From positions 523,014-587,013 of the forward strand of contig JAQTTB010000001.1 of the NCBI GenBank assembly GCA_028710985.1: a stretch of 64,000 nt of DNA, read 5' to 3'. The stretch is from Patescibacteria group bacterium. GTDB lineage: Bacteria > Patescibacteriota > Patescibacteriia > JAHJFT01. The translations under genes were made by a program, and so were the position numbers. Under the pieces are notes generated by a model that saw nothing but the letters and a program-made list of their open reading frames with translations, was not told where the DNA came from and searched no databases. Of the stretch, positions 10,181-21,465 are shown piece after piece. Position 1 is the stretch's first letter, and the number at the start of each line of letters is the position of its first letter.

Positions 10181-11096
10181 TAAACTCGTTGCCGTGGTTG
10201 GCCCGACGGCCGGCGGCAAGACGACCTGGAGCCTTGAATTAGCCAAAAAATTCAACGGCGAGATTGTTAATGCTGACTCGCGGCAGATTTACCGTTGGAT
10301 GGACGTCGGCACGGCCAAGGAGCCGGGCCGCTGGCGCCGGGTCGGCGGGCGGCGCTTTTATGAGGTTCAGGGCGTGCCGCATTATCTGATTGATTTTCTT
10401 GAACCGAACCGCGACTTTAGCGTCGCCGAATTCCAGCGCCGCGCCATCCGCCGCATCCGCGAAATCCAGTCGCGCGGCAAACTCCCGATTTTGGTTGGCG
10501 GTACCGGTCTCTACATTAAAGCGGTAATTGACAACATGAAGATTCCCAAGGTTAAAGCGAACCAGAATCTGCGCAAAAGCCTTGAGACCAAAAGCAATGA
10601 AGAGCTTTGGAGCCTTCTCGGTCGCATGGATCCCGGCGCCCTTAAGGTGGTTGATCCACAGAACAAACGCCGCATCATCCGCGCGCTTGAAGTCTGCATT
10701 TTGACGGGCAAGCCCTTTTCCGAACAGCGGGCCATGGGTAATCCGATTTTTGATGCATTGCAAATCGGCGTGCGCGTTCCGCGGCCGCTGCTTTACGAAA
10801 GAATTGACCGGAGAGTTGACCGGATGGTTAGAGAAGGCCTGGTTCAGGAAATTCAAAACTTGCTCTCCCGCAATTTTAAATGGGGGGACCCCGGGCTTTC
10901 GGGTATCGGCTACCGGCAGATGGGATGCTACTTGCGGGGCGAATGCGAGCTCAGGGATGCGATCGGATTTCTGAAAAAAGATACCCGTCGATATTCAAAG
11001 CGTCAGGAGACCTGGTTCAAGCGCGATTCGCGCGTGAACTGGCTGGATAATTATAATCAGGCCAAAAAATTAGTCCAGGAATTTTTACAAAAATAA
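10164..11096 (+). CDS. miaA: tRNA dimethylallyltransferase
   Basis: P-loop GPTAGGKT, IPP-transferase family. ATG 10164 chosen because the track start 10116 lies inside miaB. 17-nt overlap with miaB. Confidence 0.92.
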   Translation: MIKKSNKLVAVVGPTAGGKTTWSLELAKKFNGEIVNADSRQIYRWMDVGTAKEPGRWRRVGGRRFYEVQGVPHYLIDFLEPNRDFSVAEFQRRAIRRIREIQSRGKLPILVGGTGLYIKAVIDNMKIPKVKANQNLRKSLETKSNEELWSLLGRMDPGALKVVDPQNKRRIIRALEVCILTGKPFSEQRAMGNPIFDALQIGVRVPRPLLYERIDRRVDRMVREGLVQEIQNLLSRNFKWGDPGLSGIGYRQMGCYLRGECELRDAIGFLKKDTRRYSKRQETWFKRDSRVNWLDNYNQAKKLVQEFLQK

Positions 11097-11100
11097 AAAT

Positions 11101-11127
11101 ATCGCCCGGTACGGGCGATATTTTTTT
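11101..11127. terminator. terminator hairpin after miaA
   Basis: ATCGCCCG-GTAC-CGGGCGAT followed by a T-run. Confidence 0.75.
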
Positions 11128-11155
11128 GTAGAGGTCGCATATATGTGACCTCTAC
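11128..11155. repeat. GCATATATG-core hairpin, family member 1
   Basis: GTAGAGGTC GCATATATG TGACCTCTAC, between convergent miaA and gatB. Confidence 0.75.
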
Positions 11156-11156
11156 A

Positions 11157-12665
11157 TTATTTTTGTAAAAATTTTTCAAGCAGAACCTTCGTGATATTCG
11201 GATCCGCGGTTCCTTCGGATTTTATCATCACCTGGCCGACAAAAAATTGGATGAGCGCGGTTTTTCCGGCGCGGTAGGCCTCGGCCTTGTCCGGATTATC
11301 TTCAACTACCTGGCGGACGATTTGTTCAATTTCCGCTACGTCGCTCATCTGCCCGAGTTCGCGGTCCTCCATAATCTGGCTCGGATCCTGGCCGGTTTCA
11401 AGCATGGCTGCAAGAATTTTTTGCCCGGCGGCGCTGCCGACCTTATTCGCGTAAATTAGGCTCACGAATTCGGCGAAATTTTCCGGCGTGATTTTCAGAT
11501 TCTTGATGTCAATATTTTTATCCGCCATGGCGCCCGCGAGCTTGGAGCAGAGCCATCCGCCGACAAGTTTCGCGAGTTTATTCTTGTTCTTTTCGTAAAT
11601 TTCTTCGGACGTGCCGTCCAGGTCCGGAACCGACGCCAGCCATTCCTTGAGTTCGCTCACGGTGTTTTCCGCGTATTCGGCCCAGTCGAGGTCGCTCGTA
11701 AGAAACCGCGCGTTCTCGCCCGAAAATCCGTATTCATCCATGAATCTTTTTCTCTTGGCGGCCGGAAGCTCCGGCAGGGCGGATTTTGCGCGGGTAATCA
11801 TGTCGCCCAAATCAAGCGGGGGAATATCCGGTTCGGGAAAATAGCGGTAATCTTGCTCGGCTTCCTTGACGCGTTGTTCCACGGTTTCGCCCGCATCTTC
11901 GTCCCAGCCGCGGGTTGACTGCTGGCTCGGCGGCTTCCCCTGTCCCCAGAGTTTTTCCTGGCGCATGATTTCATATTCCAGTGCGCGTTCAACGGCCTTG
12001 AATGAATTCAGGTTTTTGATTTCGGTTTTCGGAAACAGAGTCTGCGTATCGGCCGGCCGCAAGCTTACATTGGCGTCGCAGCGCAGCTCGCCGCGCTCCA
12101 TGTCGGCGTTGGAAACTCCGAGATAGCGCATAATTGTGCGCAGCTCTTGCAAAAAAATTTTGGCTTCAAACGGAGTCGCGATGTCCGGCGCGGTCACGAT
12201 TTCAATGAGCGGGGTGCCGCCGCGGTTGTAATCAACCAGCGTGGCGTCTTTTTCATCGTGAAAAGATTTAGCCGCGTCTTCTTCAAGATGCACCCGGATG
12301 ATATTTATGCGGGCATAGTTGCGCGGTCCCTTCGGAATTTCGATTTCAAGATAGCCGTCCTTGGCGATCGGCATGTCGTATTGCGATATCTGGTAGCCTT
12401 TCGGCAGATCCGGATAGAAATAATTCTTGCGGTCGAATTTTGAACGTTCCTGGATCGTGCAGCCCAGGGCCGCCGCGGCGCGAATGCCGAATTCAATGGC
12501 CGTGGAATTCACCACCGGCAAAGCGCCCGGCTGGCCGGTGCAAACCGAACAGACCGCCGTATTAGCCGGAGTGCCGTCCGGCACATTGGCGCACGGACAG
12601 AACATCTTGGTTTTAGTCTTGAGCTGAACGTGTATTTCCAGCCCGATGACTGGCTGATATTGCAT
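11157..12665 (-). CDS. gatB: Asp/Glu-tRNA amidotransferase subunit B
   Basis: 502 aa. N-terminus MQYQPVIGLEIHVQL, GatB catalytic core and YqeY-like tail. Confidence 0.96.
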   Translation of the reverse strand: MQYQPVIGLEIHVQLKTKTKMFCPCANVPDGTPANTAVCSVCTGQPGALPVVNSTAIEFGIRAAAALGCTIQERSKFDRKNYFYPDLPKGYQISQYDMPIAKDGYLEIEIPKGPRNYARINIIRVHLEEDAAKSFHDEKDATLVDYNRGGTPLIEIVTAPDIATPFEAKIFLQELRTIMRYLGVSNADMERGELRCDANVSLRPADTQTLFPKTEIKNLNSFKAVERALEYEIMRQEKLWGQGKPPSQQSTRGWDEDAGETVEQRVKEAEQDYRYFPEPDIPPLDLGDMITRAKSALPELPAAKRKRFMDEYGFSGENARFLTSDLDWAEYAENTVSELKEWLASVPDLDGTSEEIYEKNKNKLAKLVGGWLCSKLAGAMADKNIDIKNLKITPENFAEFVSLIYANKVGSAAGQKILAAMLETGQDPSQIMEDRELGQMSDVAEIEQIVRQVVEDNPDKAEAYRAGKTALIQFFVGQVMIKSEGTADPNITKVLLEKFLQK

Positions 12666-12703
12666 AAATCTTAATTCAGTTGATTCTGGTCCATTCGGCA
12701 GGC

Positions 12704-13435
12704 TCAGGGCATGCTTTTGAATTTCTTTAGTTCGATGTATAGAATAACGGAAATCGCGCCGGCGAGCGGCATTGCCGCCACATTAACTATTTGCGATATG
12801 AGATTACTGAGCCACGGTAGATACTGTCCCGAAGCAAATGCCTCCCATTGGCCGGTCGCCAGACCGACGAGCAGAAACAGGATCGCCGTCACGATGTAGA
12901 ATATAATCCCGTACACAAAGTAGCACGCCACGAGTCTCCAGAGCACGGCCCACCACTTGCCGGTGACGAGCTGTTTACTCTGTTTTAGAGCCGCGGTGCC
13001 GCGTGTTCCTTCCAGAACATTTATCACCGAACTGAAGGTGAACCAAACTGCAAAAATAATACCAGGAATAAGGAAGAGTAGTGTTCCGCCGAAAACCGCG
13101 AATCCGGTGAGGATTGAAACCCAAAGCAGGGGAATGATTTTTGTCCAAGCATTCTGGCTTATTGCCTTTACGTCATACTGCTCGCCGTCGTAAATTTTCG
13201 CGATTATCGCGGTCATGGTTGCAAAAACCCAGAGGCCGACAATCATCGTGCCAATTCCTGCCACGATTGCGAGAAGCATGCTCAAGATCCAGAGCTCCTG
13301 GGGGATAAGTACCACGAGAATCATCGCCACTGCCGGGATTAGGGACCAGACTGCGATTAGAATGAGCGTCTTAAAATTCGCAAAATATATGGACCAGCTT
13401 TTTTTTATAAGTTCGCCCGCGCCAATAAAGTTCAT
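12704..13435 (-). CDS. multi-pass membrane protein, function unknown
   Basis: 243 aa with about six hydrophobic helices. Tightly packed between gatB and the tmk-like gene. Confidence 0.7.
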   Translation of the reverse strand: MNFIGAGELIKKSWSIYFANFKTLILIAVWSLIPAVAMILVVLIPQELWILSMLLAIVAGIGTMIVGLWVFATMTAIIAKIYDGEQYDVKAISQNAWTKIIPLLWVSILTGFAVFGGTLLFLIPGIIFAVWFTFSSVINVLEGTRGTAALKQSKQLVTGKWWAVLWRLVACYFVYGIIFYIVTAILFLLVGLATGQWEAFASGQYLPWLSNLISQIVNVAAMPLAGAISVILYIELKKFKSMP

Positions 13436-13454
13436 AGATTTTGTTATTAAATTA

Positions 13455-14042
13455 TTAATTTATTAAATTATTGATAAGGCGCCAAACTTGTTCATGTATT
13501 TCGTCAATTGAACCGTTGGCGTTGATTTTTTTCCAGCCGTACTCTTCGCCGAGCTCAATATGAATCTGCCGGACCCGCTCCGTGAATTCATCGTCGGATT
13601 CATGCCGATGCTCTTTTTCAACACCCTGTATAAATCGTTCTCCGTTAAAGAGAATTCCCAGGTCTTCGCGCAGGAGATGGGAGTTCAGCCTTTGTAAAAA
13701 AGCCTTATCAACCCCCGCGCCGGCGCCCCAGGCGATACCGGTGCCGATATAGTCTTCAGCCACGATAATTATACCATCTTTGAGTTTCTGGCGCAGAACC
13801 GGTTCGTATTGCGTGCGGTTCAGCACTTGGATAATCTGGAACTCCCGCGACGTCAGCTCGTGCGGATTTCCGTTCCGCAGATAGTTATTCAAAATTCCGC
13901 CTGAGGGTTCAAGGTCGTAAATCGCGTACTTTAAATACTCGGCCGGTCGGCCCTCGGCGTTGAGCCGCTCCACCAGCTTCTTGGCCTGCAGAGTCTTTCC
14001 AAGATTATTGATGCCGTAGAAAACTATGAATTTGCCGGTCAT
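13455..14042 (-). CDS. tmk: thymidylate kinase-like nucleotide kinase
   Basis: 195 aa. P-loop-like FIVFYGINNLGKT with dTMP-kinase size and layout. Last gene of the thyA operon. Confidence 0.65.
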   Translation of the reverse strand: MTGKFIVFYGINNLGKTLQAKKLVERLNAEGRPAEYLKYAIYDLEPSGGILNNYLRNGNPHELTSREFQIIQVLNRTQYEPVLRQKLKDGIIIVAEDYIGTGIAWGAGAGVDKAFLQRLNSHLLREDLGILFNGERFIQGVEKEHRHESDDEFTERVRQIHIELGEEYGWKKINANGSIDEIHEQVWRLINNLIN

Positions 14043-14047
14043 ATTAA

Positions 14048-14557
14048 TTATTTGATTACGGAATATCTCAATTGGATTGCGTTATCATCCAGTTTTTTAA
14101 TTTCCAAAAGCTTCAAGTTTATATCAACGTCCGCGCCGCGAAAAAGCGGCAGTCCCTCGCCGAAGATTTTCGGTTCAATCGTGAGCCAGATCTCGTCAAT
14201 CAGCCCGCTTTTCAAAAAAAGCCCGTTAATGGTCGCACCGCCGCCGATAATGGCGTTTGAAAATCCGCGCTTCTCGAGATCGGTGAGCAGCTCACGCGGT
14301 TCCCGATTGGTAAATTCAAGCGAGTCTGGAATATTTTTCGTGGCGTCGGGTTCGGGATTCATTACCACGTTCAGCCGGCCGGGGAGCGGCCGTCCGATGG
14401 TATCATAAGTCGTCTGCCCCATGATGATGACGCCGGCTTTTTTCGTTTCTTCAACAAAAATCTTTTTGTCCGCTTTGCTCGTCCAGGTCGCGGCATGGGC
14501 CGCGTGCTTGGCGATCTTGCCGTCAAGCGTAATCGCCATGAGGAGTATTGTTTTCAT
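14048..14557 (-). CDS. dihydrofolate reductase-like protein (RibD C-terminal family)
   Basis: 169 aa from ATG 14557 (MKTILLMAITLDGKI...). Starts 4 nt after the thyA stop. The longer track ORF (to 14719) would overlap thyA. Confidence 0.75.
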   Translation of the reverse strand: MKTILLMAITLDGKIAKHAAHAATWTSKADKKIFVEETKKAGVIIMGQTTYDTIGRPLPGRLNVVMNPEPDATKNIPDSLEFTNREPRELLTDLEKRGFSNAIIGGGATINGLFLKSGLIDEIWLTIEPKIFGEGLPLFRGADVDINLKLLEIKKLDDNAIQLRYSVIK

Positions 14558-14561
14558 AAAT

Positions 14562-15434
14562 TCAGACCGCAATTTCAAATTTAATCGCCGGAAAGCTCTG
14601 ATAGTCCGCGAGTTTTGTATCGTCGTATTTCCAGTCAAAGATTGACGTGAAATTATCCGTTGCAATCCGCGGCAAGGGATACTGATTCGGATCGCGGCTG
14701 ATTTGTTCTTTTGCCCCATCCAGGTGGTTTACGTAGATGTGCGTGTCCGCCAAAAATCCCACCAGTTTTCCCTCGGCAAGTCCGGCCTCTTTGGCGAGAA
14801 GGTGCAGGAGCAGGGCATAGCTCGTGATATTAAAGGGCAGGCCGAGCATGGTGTCCACGGACCGCTGATTCCAAAGAAGATTCAGTTTATTATTGATGAC
14901 CGTCACCTGAAAAGAATAATGGCACGGCGGCAGAGCCATCTCGGCGATTTTTGACGGATTCCACGCGGAGACGATCATGCGCCGGTCATTGGGATTTTTT
15001 TTAAGCGTCTCTACGACCTGCTTGAGCTGATCCACTCCCTGGCCGGCATGGTCTTTGTCAAAACCGGCATAGTCGGCGTTAAAATGCCGCCACTGAAAGC
15101 CGTAAATCGGCCCGAGGTCGCGTTCGGCCGCCATCCGCGCCTTGGTTTCCGCGCCATGACCGTATGGCACCTTGGCGGGCGATGCCCATTCGTCCCAGAT
15201 ATGGTTATTGCGCTCCTGCAGCCATTGTTTGTCGGTCAGCCCCTTGATGAAAAATTCCAATTCGCTCGCAATGCACTTGAAGGGCATTTTTTTGGTAGTG
15301 AGCAGGGGAAAGCCCTTGCTCATATCATGTTCAAACATGGCGCCGGCAATGGCAATGGTATCCACGCCGGTGCGATTGGCTTTTCGTTCACCCTGATCAA
15401 GGATTTTTTTTACGATATCAATGTAGGCTTTCAT
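14562..15434 (-). CDS. thyA: thymidylate synthase
   Basis: 290 aa. RTGVDT motif and active-site ALPPCHYSFQ. Confidence 0.96.
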   Translation of the reverse strand: MKAYIDIVKKILDQGERKANRTGVDTIAIAGAMFEHDMSKGFPLLTTKKMPFKCIASELEFFIKGLTDKQWLQERNNHIWDEWASPAKVPYGHGAETKARMAAERDLGPIYGFQWRHFNADYAGFDKDHAGQGVDQLKQVVETLKKNPNDRRMIVSAWNPSKIAEMALPPCHYSFQVTVINNKLNLLWNQRSVDTMLGLPFNITSYALLLHLLAKEAGLAEGKLVGFLADTHIYVNHLDGAKEQISRDPNQYPLPRIATDNFTSIFDWKYDDTKLADYQSFPAIKFEIAV

Positions 15435-15461
15435 ATTTTTCTACAAGCTACAAGCTAATTC

Positions 15462-15908
15462 CTACAAGCTGGTTTTATACCCGCCGGTCGACCCGAAACC
15501 GCCGCGGTTTGCGTTGTTCATTTCGTCGGTTTCCTCGAGCTCGGCCTTCTCGATTTTTACAAGCAGGCCCTGGGCGAGTCTTTCGCCGCGTTCAATTTTG
15601 GCGGTTTGGTTTTTAAAATTATAGAGCAGAACTTTGACCTCGTCTTCGGGTCCCCAATAGTCCTGGTCGAACACGCCGACCGAATTCGGGAGCATCAGGC
15701 CCTTTTTGCCGGGAAGGCTGGAACGGGCGATTATCAAAAATGCATAACCTTCGGGAACCCGGATTATCAGGTTCGCCGGCACCGGCACGATTTCACCCGG
15801 CGCGATTTCCGTATCAACTCGCGCGCATAAATCAAAAGCTACCGCGCCAGCGGTTTGATACTGGGGTAGCGGTAGCTCTTTATCAATTCTTTTTATTTTA
15901 ACTTTCAT
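15462..15908 (-). CDS. dut: dUTP diphosphatase
   Basis: 148 aa from ATG 15908. Trimeric dUTPase motifs AGAVAFDL, RSSLPGKKGL, GGFGSTG. The track ORF's N-terminal extension overlaps the upstream gene. Confidence 0.88.
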   Translation of the reverse strand: MKVKIKRIDKELPLPQYQTAGAVAFDLCARVDTEIAPGEIVPVPANLIIRVPEGYAFLIIARSSLPGKKGLMLPNSVGVFDQDYWGPEDEVKVLLYNFKNQTAKIERGERLAQGLLVKIEKAELEETDEMNNANRGGFGSTGGYKTSL

Positions 15909-16488
15909 TGATTTGGGAAATAATTTTTCGCGCGGCCGCGATGAGTTCTTCCATAGTGCTCTCATTTATGATTGTCCAGTCGGCCATGGCGATCGGCCCG
16001 CCCTTATCCAGATTCTCAATTTCCGCGTAGTCGCGCGACTCAGCGTCGTCGCGGGAGAATGACCGGAAAATCATTTTCGGATCCTCGCCGTGATGAGCGG
16101 CGCGGTTTTCAAGCCGCGCGTATCTTGTCTCCGGAGAAGCGTAAATGGCGATTACCTTGAGCGCTTCGCCGTATTTATTTTTAAACTCTTTGTATTCGGA
16201 CCACGAGTACAGGCCGTCCACGATGACATTGGCCTCCCGAAGAGCTTCATCAATCTTCGGAAAGTTCAAAACCGCGAATGCGGCCATGCCGTGCTTGGCG
16301 CGGAGTTCTTCGCGGATCGGGCGTTCGTTTTGCTCGCTCGGCTCCAGGCCGCGGCGCTTCACTTCGTCCAGTGTAATCTGTCCGAGCCGGACATACGCCC
16401 AGTTTTGTTTTTTAAATTCATCGGCAACCGCGGTTTTGCCCGCGCCGCACATGCCGACAAGTGCGATTATTTTTTTTGTCATATTCAT
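15898..16488 (-). CDS. P-loop nucleotide kinase (dNMP kinase-like)
   Basis: 196 aa. Walker A GMCGAGKT. 4-nt overlap with the dCMP deaminase gene and 11-nt overlap with dut. Confidence 0.65.
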   Translation of the reverse strand: MNMTKKIIALVGMCGAGKTAVADEFKKQNWAYVRLGQITLDEVKRRGLEPSEQNERPIREELRAKHGMAAFAVLNFPKIDEALREANVIVDGLYSWSEYKEFKNKYGEALKVIAIYASPETRYARLENRAAHHGEDPKMIFRSFSRDDAESRDYAEIENLDKGGPIAMADWTIINESTMEELIAAARKIISQINES

Positions 16489-17033
16489 TCCGTGCGCAAT
16501 TGAACGCCGCCCTCTTTGGGATCCATGGTTTCTATCTCTTTCTGGTAAAGGCTTGCCAAAAAATTATTCACCTCTTTTTTCTCTTCATATATATCAACCT
16601 GAAGACCGGCGTCTTTAAGATATTGGATCGCCTGTTCGGCGCGGTAAATTTTCCCCAGAACAACGCGGCTGACGTGGCAGGCGACAATATATTTGCAGCA
16701 ATGCATGCAGGGGCTGTAGGTCGTATAGAGCGTCGTCCCCTCGGTGCTCGCGCCGGGAACAAGGGCGGCCTGAAGCAGGGCATTGTGTTCGCCGTGGATT
16801 GTGCGGATGCAGTGGCCTTCTTCTATGAGATGGCCGTCCGGGCCGTCGCAGTGCGGCAAGCCGGGAGGCGCGCCGTTATAGCCGGTTGAGATAATGCGGT
16901 TATTCTTCACAAGAACGGCGCCGGCGCGCAGCCGGTCGCAGGTGCTCCGGGTCGCGATAATCCGGGCAATTGCCATAAAATAGTCGTCCCATTTGGGCCG
17001 AAAATATTTTTCGTCGTTTTTTTGCTCCTCCAT
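16485..17033 (-). CDS. deoxycytidylate (dCMP) deaminase
   Basis: 182 aa. Zinc motifs HGEHNA and PCMHCC of the cytidine/deoxycytidylate deaminase family. Confidence 0.88.
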   Translation of the reverse strand: MEEQKNDEKYFRPKWDDYFMAIARIIATRSTCDRLRAGAVLVKNNRIISTGYNGAPPGLPHCDGPDGHLIEEGHCIRTIHGEHNALLQAALVPGASTEGTTLYTTYSPCMHCCKYIVACHVSRVVLGKIYRAEQAIQYLKDAGLQVDIYEEKKEVNNFLASLYQKEIETMDPKEGGVQLRTE

Positions 17034-17045
17034 ATTCCGGAAAGT

Positions 17046-17726
17046 TTAAATTTCAAATTTAATGCCCGGGCCCATTGAAGTCGCGATGGTTGCGCTTTTT
17101 ACGTATTCTCCCTTTGAAGAGGGCGGTTTGACGCGCAATACCGCTTCAATGAGAGCGTTCAGGTTTTCAAGAAGCTTGGCCGAATCGAGCGACACCTTGC
17201 CGATGGTCTGATGCACGTTTGCGGTGGCATCGTTTTTGAATGTGATTTTGCCCCTCTTAATTTCTTCAATCATCTTTTTAACATTCGGGCCGACGGTATC
17301 GGTTTTGGGGTTCGGCATCAGGCCCTTGGGGCCGAGAATCTTTGCGATTTTCGCGAGTTTCGGCATCATGTCCGGAGTGGCGACCGCGACGTCAAAATCG
17401 ATCTTTTCGCTTTTTTTGATTTTTTCAATCATATCATCGCCGCCGATAATGTCGGCGCCGGCCGCTTTGGCTTCGGCTTCGCGGTCCGCGGCAACGAACG
17501 CGGCGACGCGGCGCTCCTTGCCGATTGAATGCGGAAAAATAATGGTGGAGCGAATCTGCTGTTCGCCCTTGGCCGGGTCGATGCCCAGCTGGAAGTGGGC
17601 CTCAACAGCAGCGTCGAATTTTACGGTTGAAGTTTTTTTCGCAAGTTCAATCGCCTCCGCTCGCGGATAGACCTTCTTGCGGTCAATTAATTTCTTGGCC
17701 TCCTCGTATCTTTTCGATCTTGGCAT
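17046..17726 (-). CDS. rplA: 50S ribosomal protein L1
   Basis: 226 aa from ATG 17726 (MPRSKRYEEAKK...). The track extension upstream has no support. Confidence 0.95.
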   Translation of the reverse strand: MPRSKRYEEAKKLIDRKKVYPRAEAIELAKKTSTVKFDAAVEAHFQLGIDPAKGEQQIRSTIIFPHSIGKERRVAAFVAADREAEAKAAGADIIGGDDMIEKIKKSEKIDFDVAVATPDMMPKLAKIAKILGPKGLMPNPKTDTVGPNVKKMIEEIKRGKITFKNDATANVHQTIGKVSLDSAKLLENLNALIEAVLRVKPPSSKGEYVKSATIATSMGPGIKFEI

Positions 17727-17806
17727 ATTGTTTTCTCCGTGGTGCAAGCCCCCGATGCTCACTTGCGTTCGATCGGGGTCCCACAATAAGAATTAGTGAT
17801 TAAAAT

Positions 17807-18232
17807 TTATTCCTGGACCGTTACGCCCATCTGGCGCGCGGTGCCTTCGATAATCTTCATTGCCGCGTCAATATCGTGGGCATTGAGATCCGGCATTTTT
17901 TTCTCGGCGATTTCCTTCACTTGGGCGTGCGTGATTTTCCCGACTTTCTCCTGGAGCGGCTTGCCCGAACCCTTTTCGATTCCGGCCGCCTTTTTAATAA
18001 GTTCCGAAGCCGGCGGGGTCTTGGTGACAAAACTGAAAGTCGCGTCCTGGTAGACGGTAATAATCACGGGCACAACTTCGCCCATTTTGTCCTTGGTCGC
18101 GGCATTGAATTTGCTGCAGAAATCCTGGATATTCAAGCCGTGCTGGCCCAAGGCCGGGCCGACCGGCGGCGCCGGGTTTGCCTGGCCGCCCTTGAGCTGC
18201 AGCTTTATCTGCGTTTTTACTTTTTTTGCCAT
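17807..18232 (-). CDS. rplK: 50S ribosomal protein L11
   Basis: 141 aa from ATG 18232 ([32 protein letters not shown]). Confidence 0.96.
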   Translation of the reverse strand: MAKKVKTQIKLQLKGGQANPAPPVGPALGQHGLNIQDFCSKFNAATKDKMGEVVPVIITVYQDATFSFVTKTPPASELIKKAAGIEKGSGKPLQEKVGKITHAQVKEIAEKKMPDLNAHDIDAAMKIIEGTARQMGVTVQE

Positions 18233-18314
18233 ATTAAGATTATTAATTGGATGGCACTTACTAGAAGCTTGCCCTTTGCGCATTGAGCGGTTGGGGCAAT
18301 AAGTGCGGGTTGGT

Positions 18315-18386
18315 CGGTGAATCAGTGAATCAGTGGATCAGGATATTTGTCCCGATTAACCGGTCAACTGATTCACCGATTCACCG
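18315..18386. repeat. large hairpin built from GGTGAATC octamer units, between nusG and rplK
   Basis: Arms CGGTGAATCAGTGAATCAG (18315..18333) and CTGATTCACCGATTCACCG (18368..18386): 19 bp, 1 mismatch, 34-nt loop. Confidence 0.8.
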
Positions 18387-18932
18387 TTATATTTTTTTAA
18401 TCTGCAAAAAGTCCAGTTCCACCGGAGTCTCGCGTCCGAACATATTGACCAGCACTTTGATCTTGCCGCGCGCTTCGTCCAGTTCGCTGACTTTTCCTTC
18501 GAATCCCTTGAACGGCCCGTCGACAATCTTGACCGGCGATCCGGCGGAAACATCAATCTTATACTGCGGCTCCTCAACGCCCATTCTTTTCTGTAGCGAT
18601 TTAACTTCGTCCTCGGAAAGGGGAGTCGGAACCGTGCCCGTGCCGATAAATCCGGTGACATTCGGGGTGTTGCGCACCATGTACCAGGAATCGTCCGTCA
18701 CGATCATCTCGACGAGAACATAGCCCGGAAAGATTTTCTCTTCCACGATGCGGCGCTTGCCGTTCTTGATTTTAATTTTTTTCTCTTTCGGAATCAGTAC
18801 GCCGAAGACCTTGTCTTCCATGTCGTACGACTCGATTCTCTTTTTAAGATTATCCATCACATTTTCTTCATATCCCGAATATGTGTGGATCGCATACCAG
18901 CGGCGTCCCCGCTGCAATACTTGCTTTGGCAT
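18387..18932 (-). CDS. nusG: transcription termination/antitermination factor NusG
   Basis: 181 aa. NGN domain WYAIHTYSGYE and C-terminal KOW. Confidence 0.94.
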   Translation of the reverse strand: MPKQVLQRGRRWYAIHTYSGYEENVMDNLKKRIESYDMEDKVFGVLIPKEKKIKIKNGKRRIVEEKIFPGYVLVEMIVTDDSWYMVRNTPNVTGFIGTGTVPTPLSEDEVKSLQKRMGVEEPQYKIDVSAGSPVKIVDGPFKGFEGKVSELDEARGKIKVLVNMFGRETPVELDFLQIKKI

Positions 18933-18972
18933 ATGATAATATTCCTCCTAAGTTAAAAGAGCGATTTTTTAT

Positions 18973-19167
18973 TTAGCGGACGACCTGTTCCAACCCGAGG
19001 GTCAAAACATAATCGCATGCTCCTAAAAACACGGCAATTGCCAGGCTGATGCCGATCACGAGCATTGAATAGTGCGTAATTTCGGCACGGGTCGGCCAGG
19101 CGACTTTTTTTAGCTCGGCTTTTGAGGAGATGATGTACTCCACGATTTTATTTTCTTTCCAAGACAT
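18973..19167 (-). CDS. secE: preprotein translocase subunit SecE
   Basis: 64 aa, single C-terminal TM helix, canonical position upstream of nusG. Confidence 0.88.
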   Translation of the reverse strand: MSWKENKIVEYIISSKAELKKVAWPTRAEITHYSMLVIGISLAIAVFLGACDYVLTLGLEQVVR

Positions 19168-19177
19168 ATTTTTATCT

Positions 19178-19199
19178 TTAAAAAGCCCTGTTCGGGCTT
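19178..19199 (-). terminator. hairpin plus T-run immediately upstream of the secE start
   Basis: Minus strand: AAGCCC-GAACA-GGGCTT followed by TTTTAAAGA. Confidence 0.55.
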
Positions 19200-19208
19200 A
19201 CGCTCACA

Positions 19209-19237
19209 ATCATACAATATATATACAAATTTGGCAA
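19209..19237 (-). promoter_or_regulatory. candidate sigma70-like promoter for secE-nusG
   Basis: Minus strand: TTGCCA (19237..19232), 17-nt spacer, TATGAT (19214..19209). Confidence 0.4.
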
Positions 19238-19242
19238 GGTTT

Positions 19243-19278
19243 AAACGTAGTGACAAGTCGCGACTTGTCACTACGTTT
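19243..19278. repeat. perfect 36-nt palindrome after gyrB
   Basis: AAACGTAGTGACAAGTCG / CGACTTGTCACTACGTTT, 10 nt after the gyrB stop. Confidence 0.85.
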
Positions 19279-19288
19279 GATTTTGCGA

Positions 19289-21364
<2,076 letters not shown>

Positions 21365-21465
21365 TTAACTTAATTTATGCCAATATTTTATCATTTTTTA
21401 TAGCAATTAGCAAGGTAAAATATCCGCTTGGAACAAGGCGAAAATTCTGATATAATTGACGCATT

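Noticed and set aside
14048-14719. N-terminally extended track ORFs (14048..14719, 10116..11096, 15462..15965, 17046..17786, 17807..18283, 31012..31623, 38419..38946, 43443..44033, 51035..52225, 58022..60067, 34391..35572)
   Set aside because: The extensions overlap the preceding gene or a leader or repeat. Internal ATGs coincide with the start of family homology and, where present, with an SD sequence.
19168-19288. A tRNA gene upstream of secE (common in other bacteria), and tRNAs in other spacers
   Set aside because: No cloverleaf-compatible sequence or T-arm consensus (GGTTCGAATCC-like) was seen on either strand here or in the other intergenic regions. A tRNAscan-SE run would confirm.
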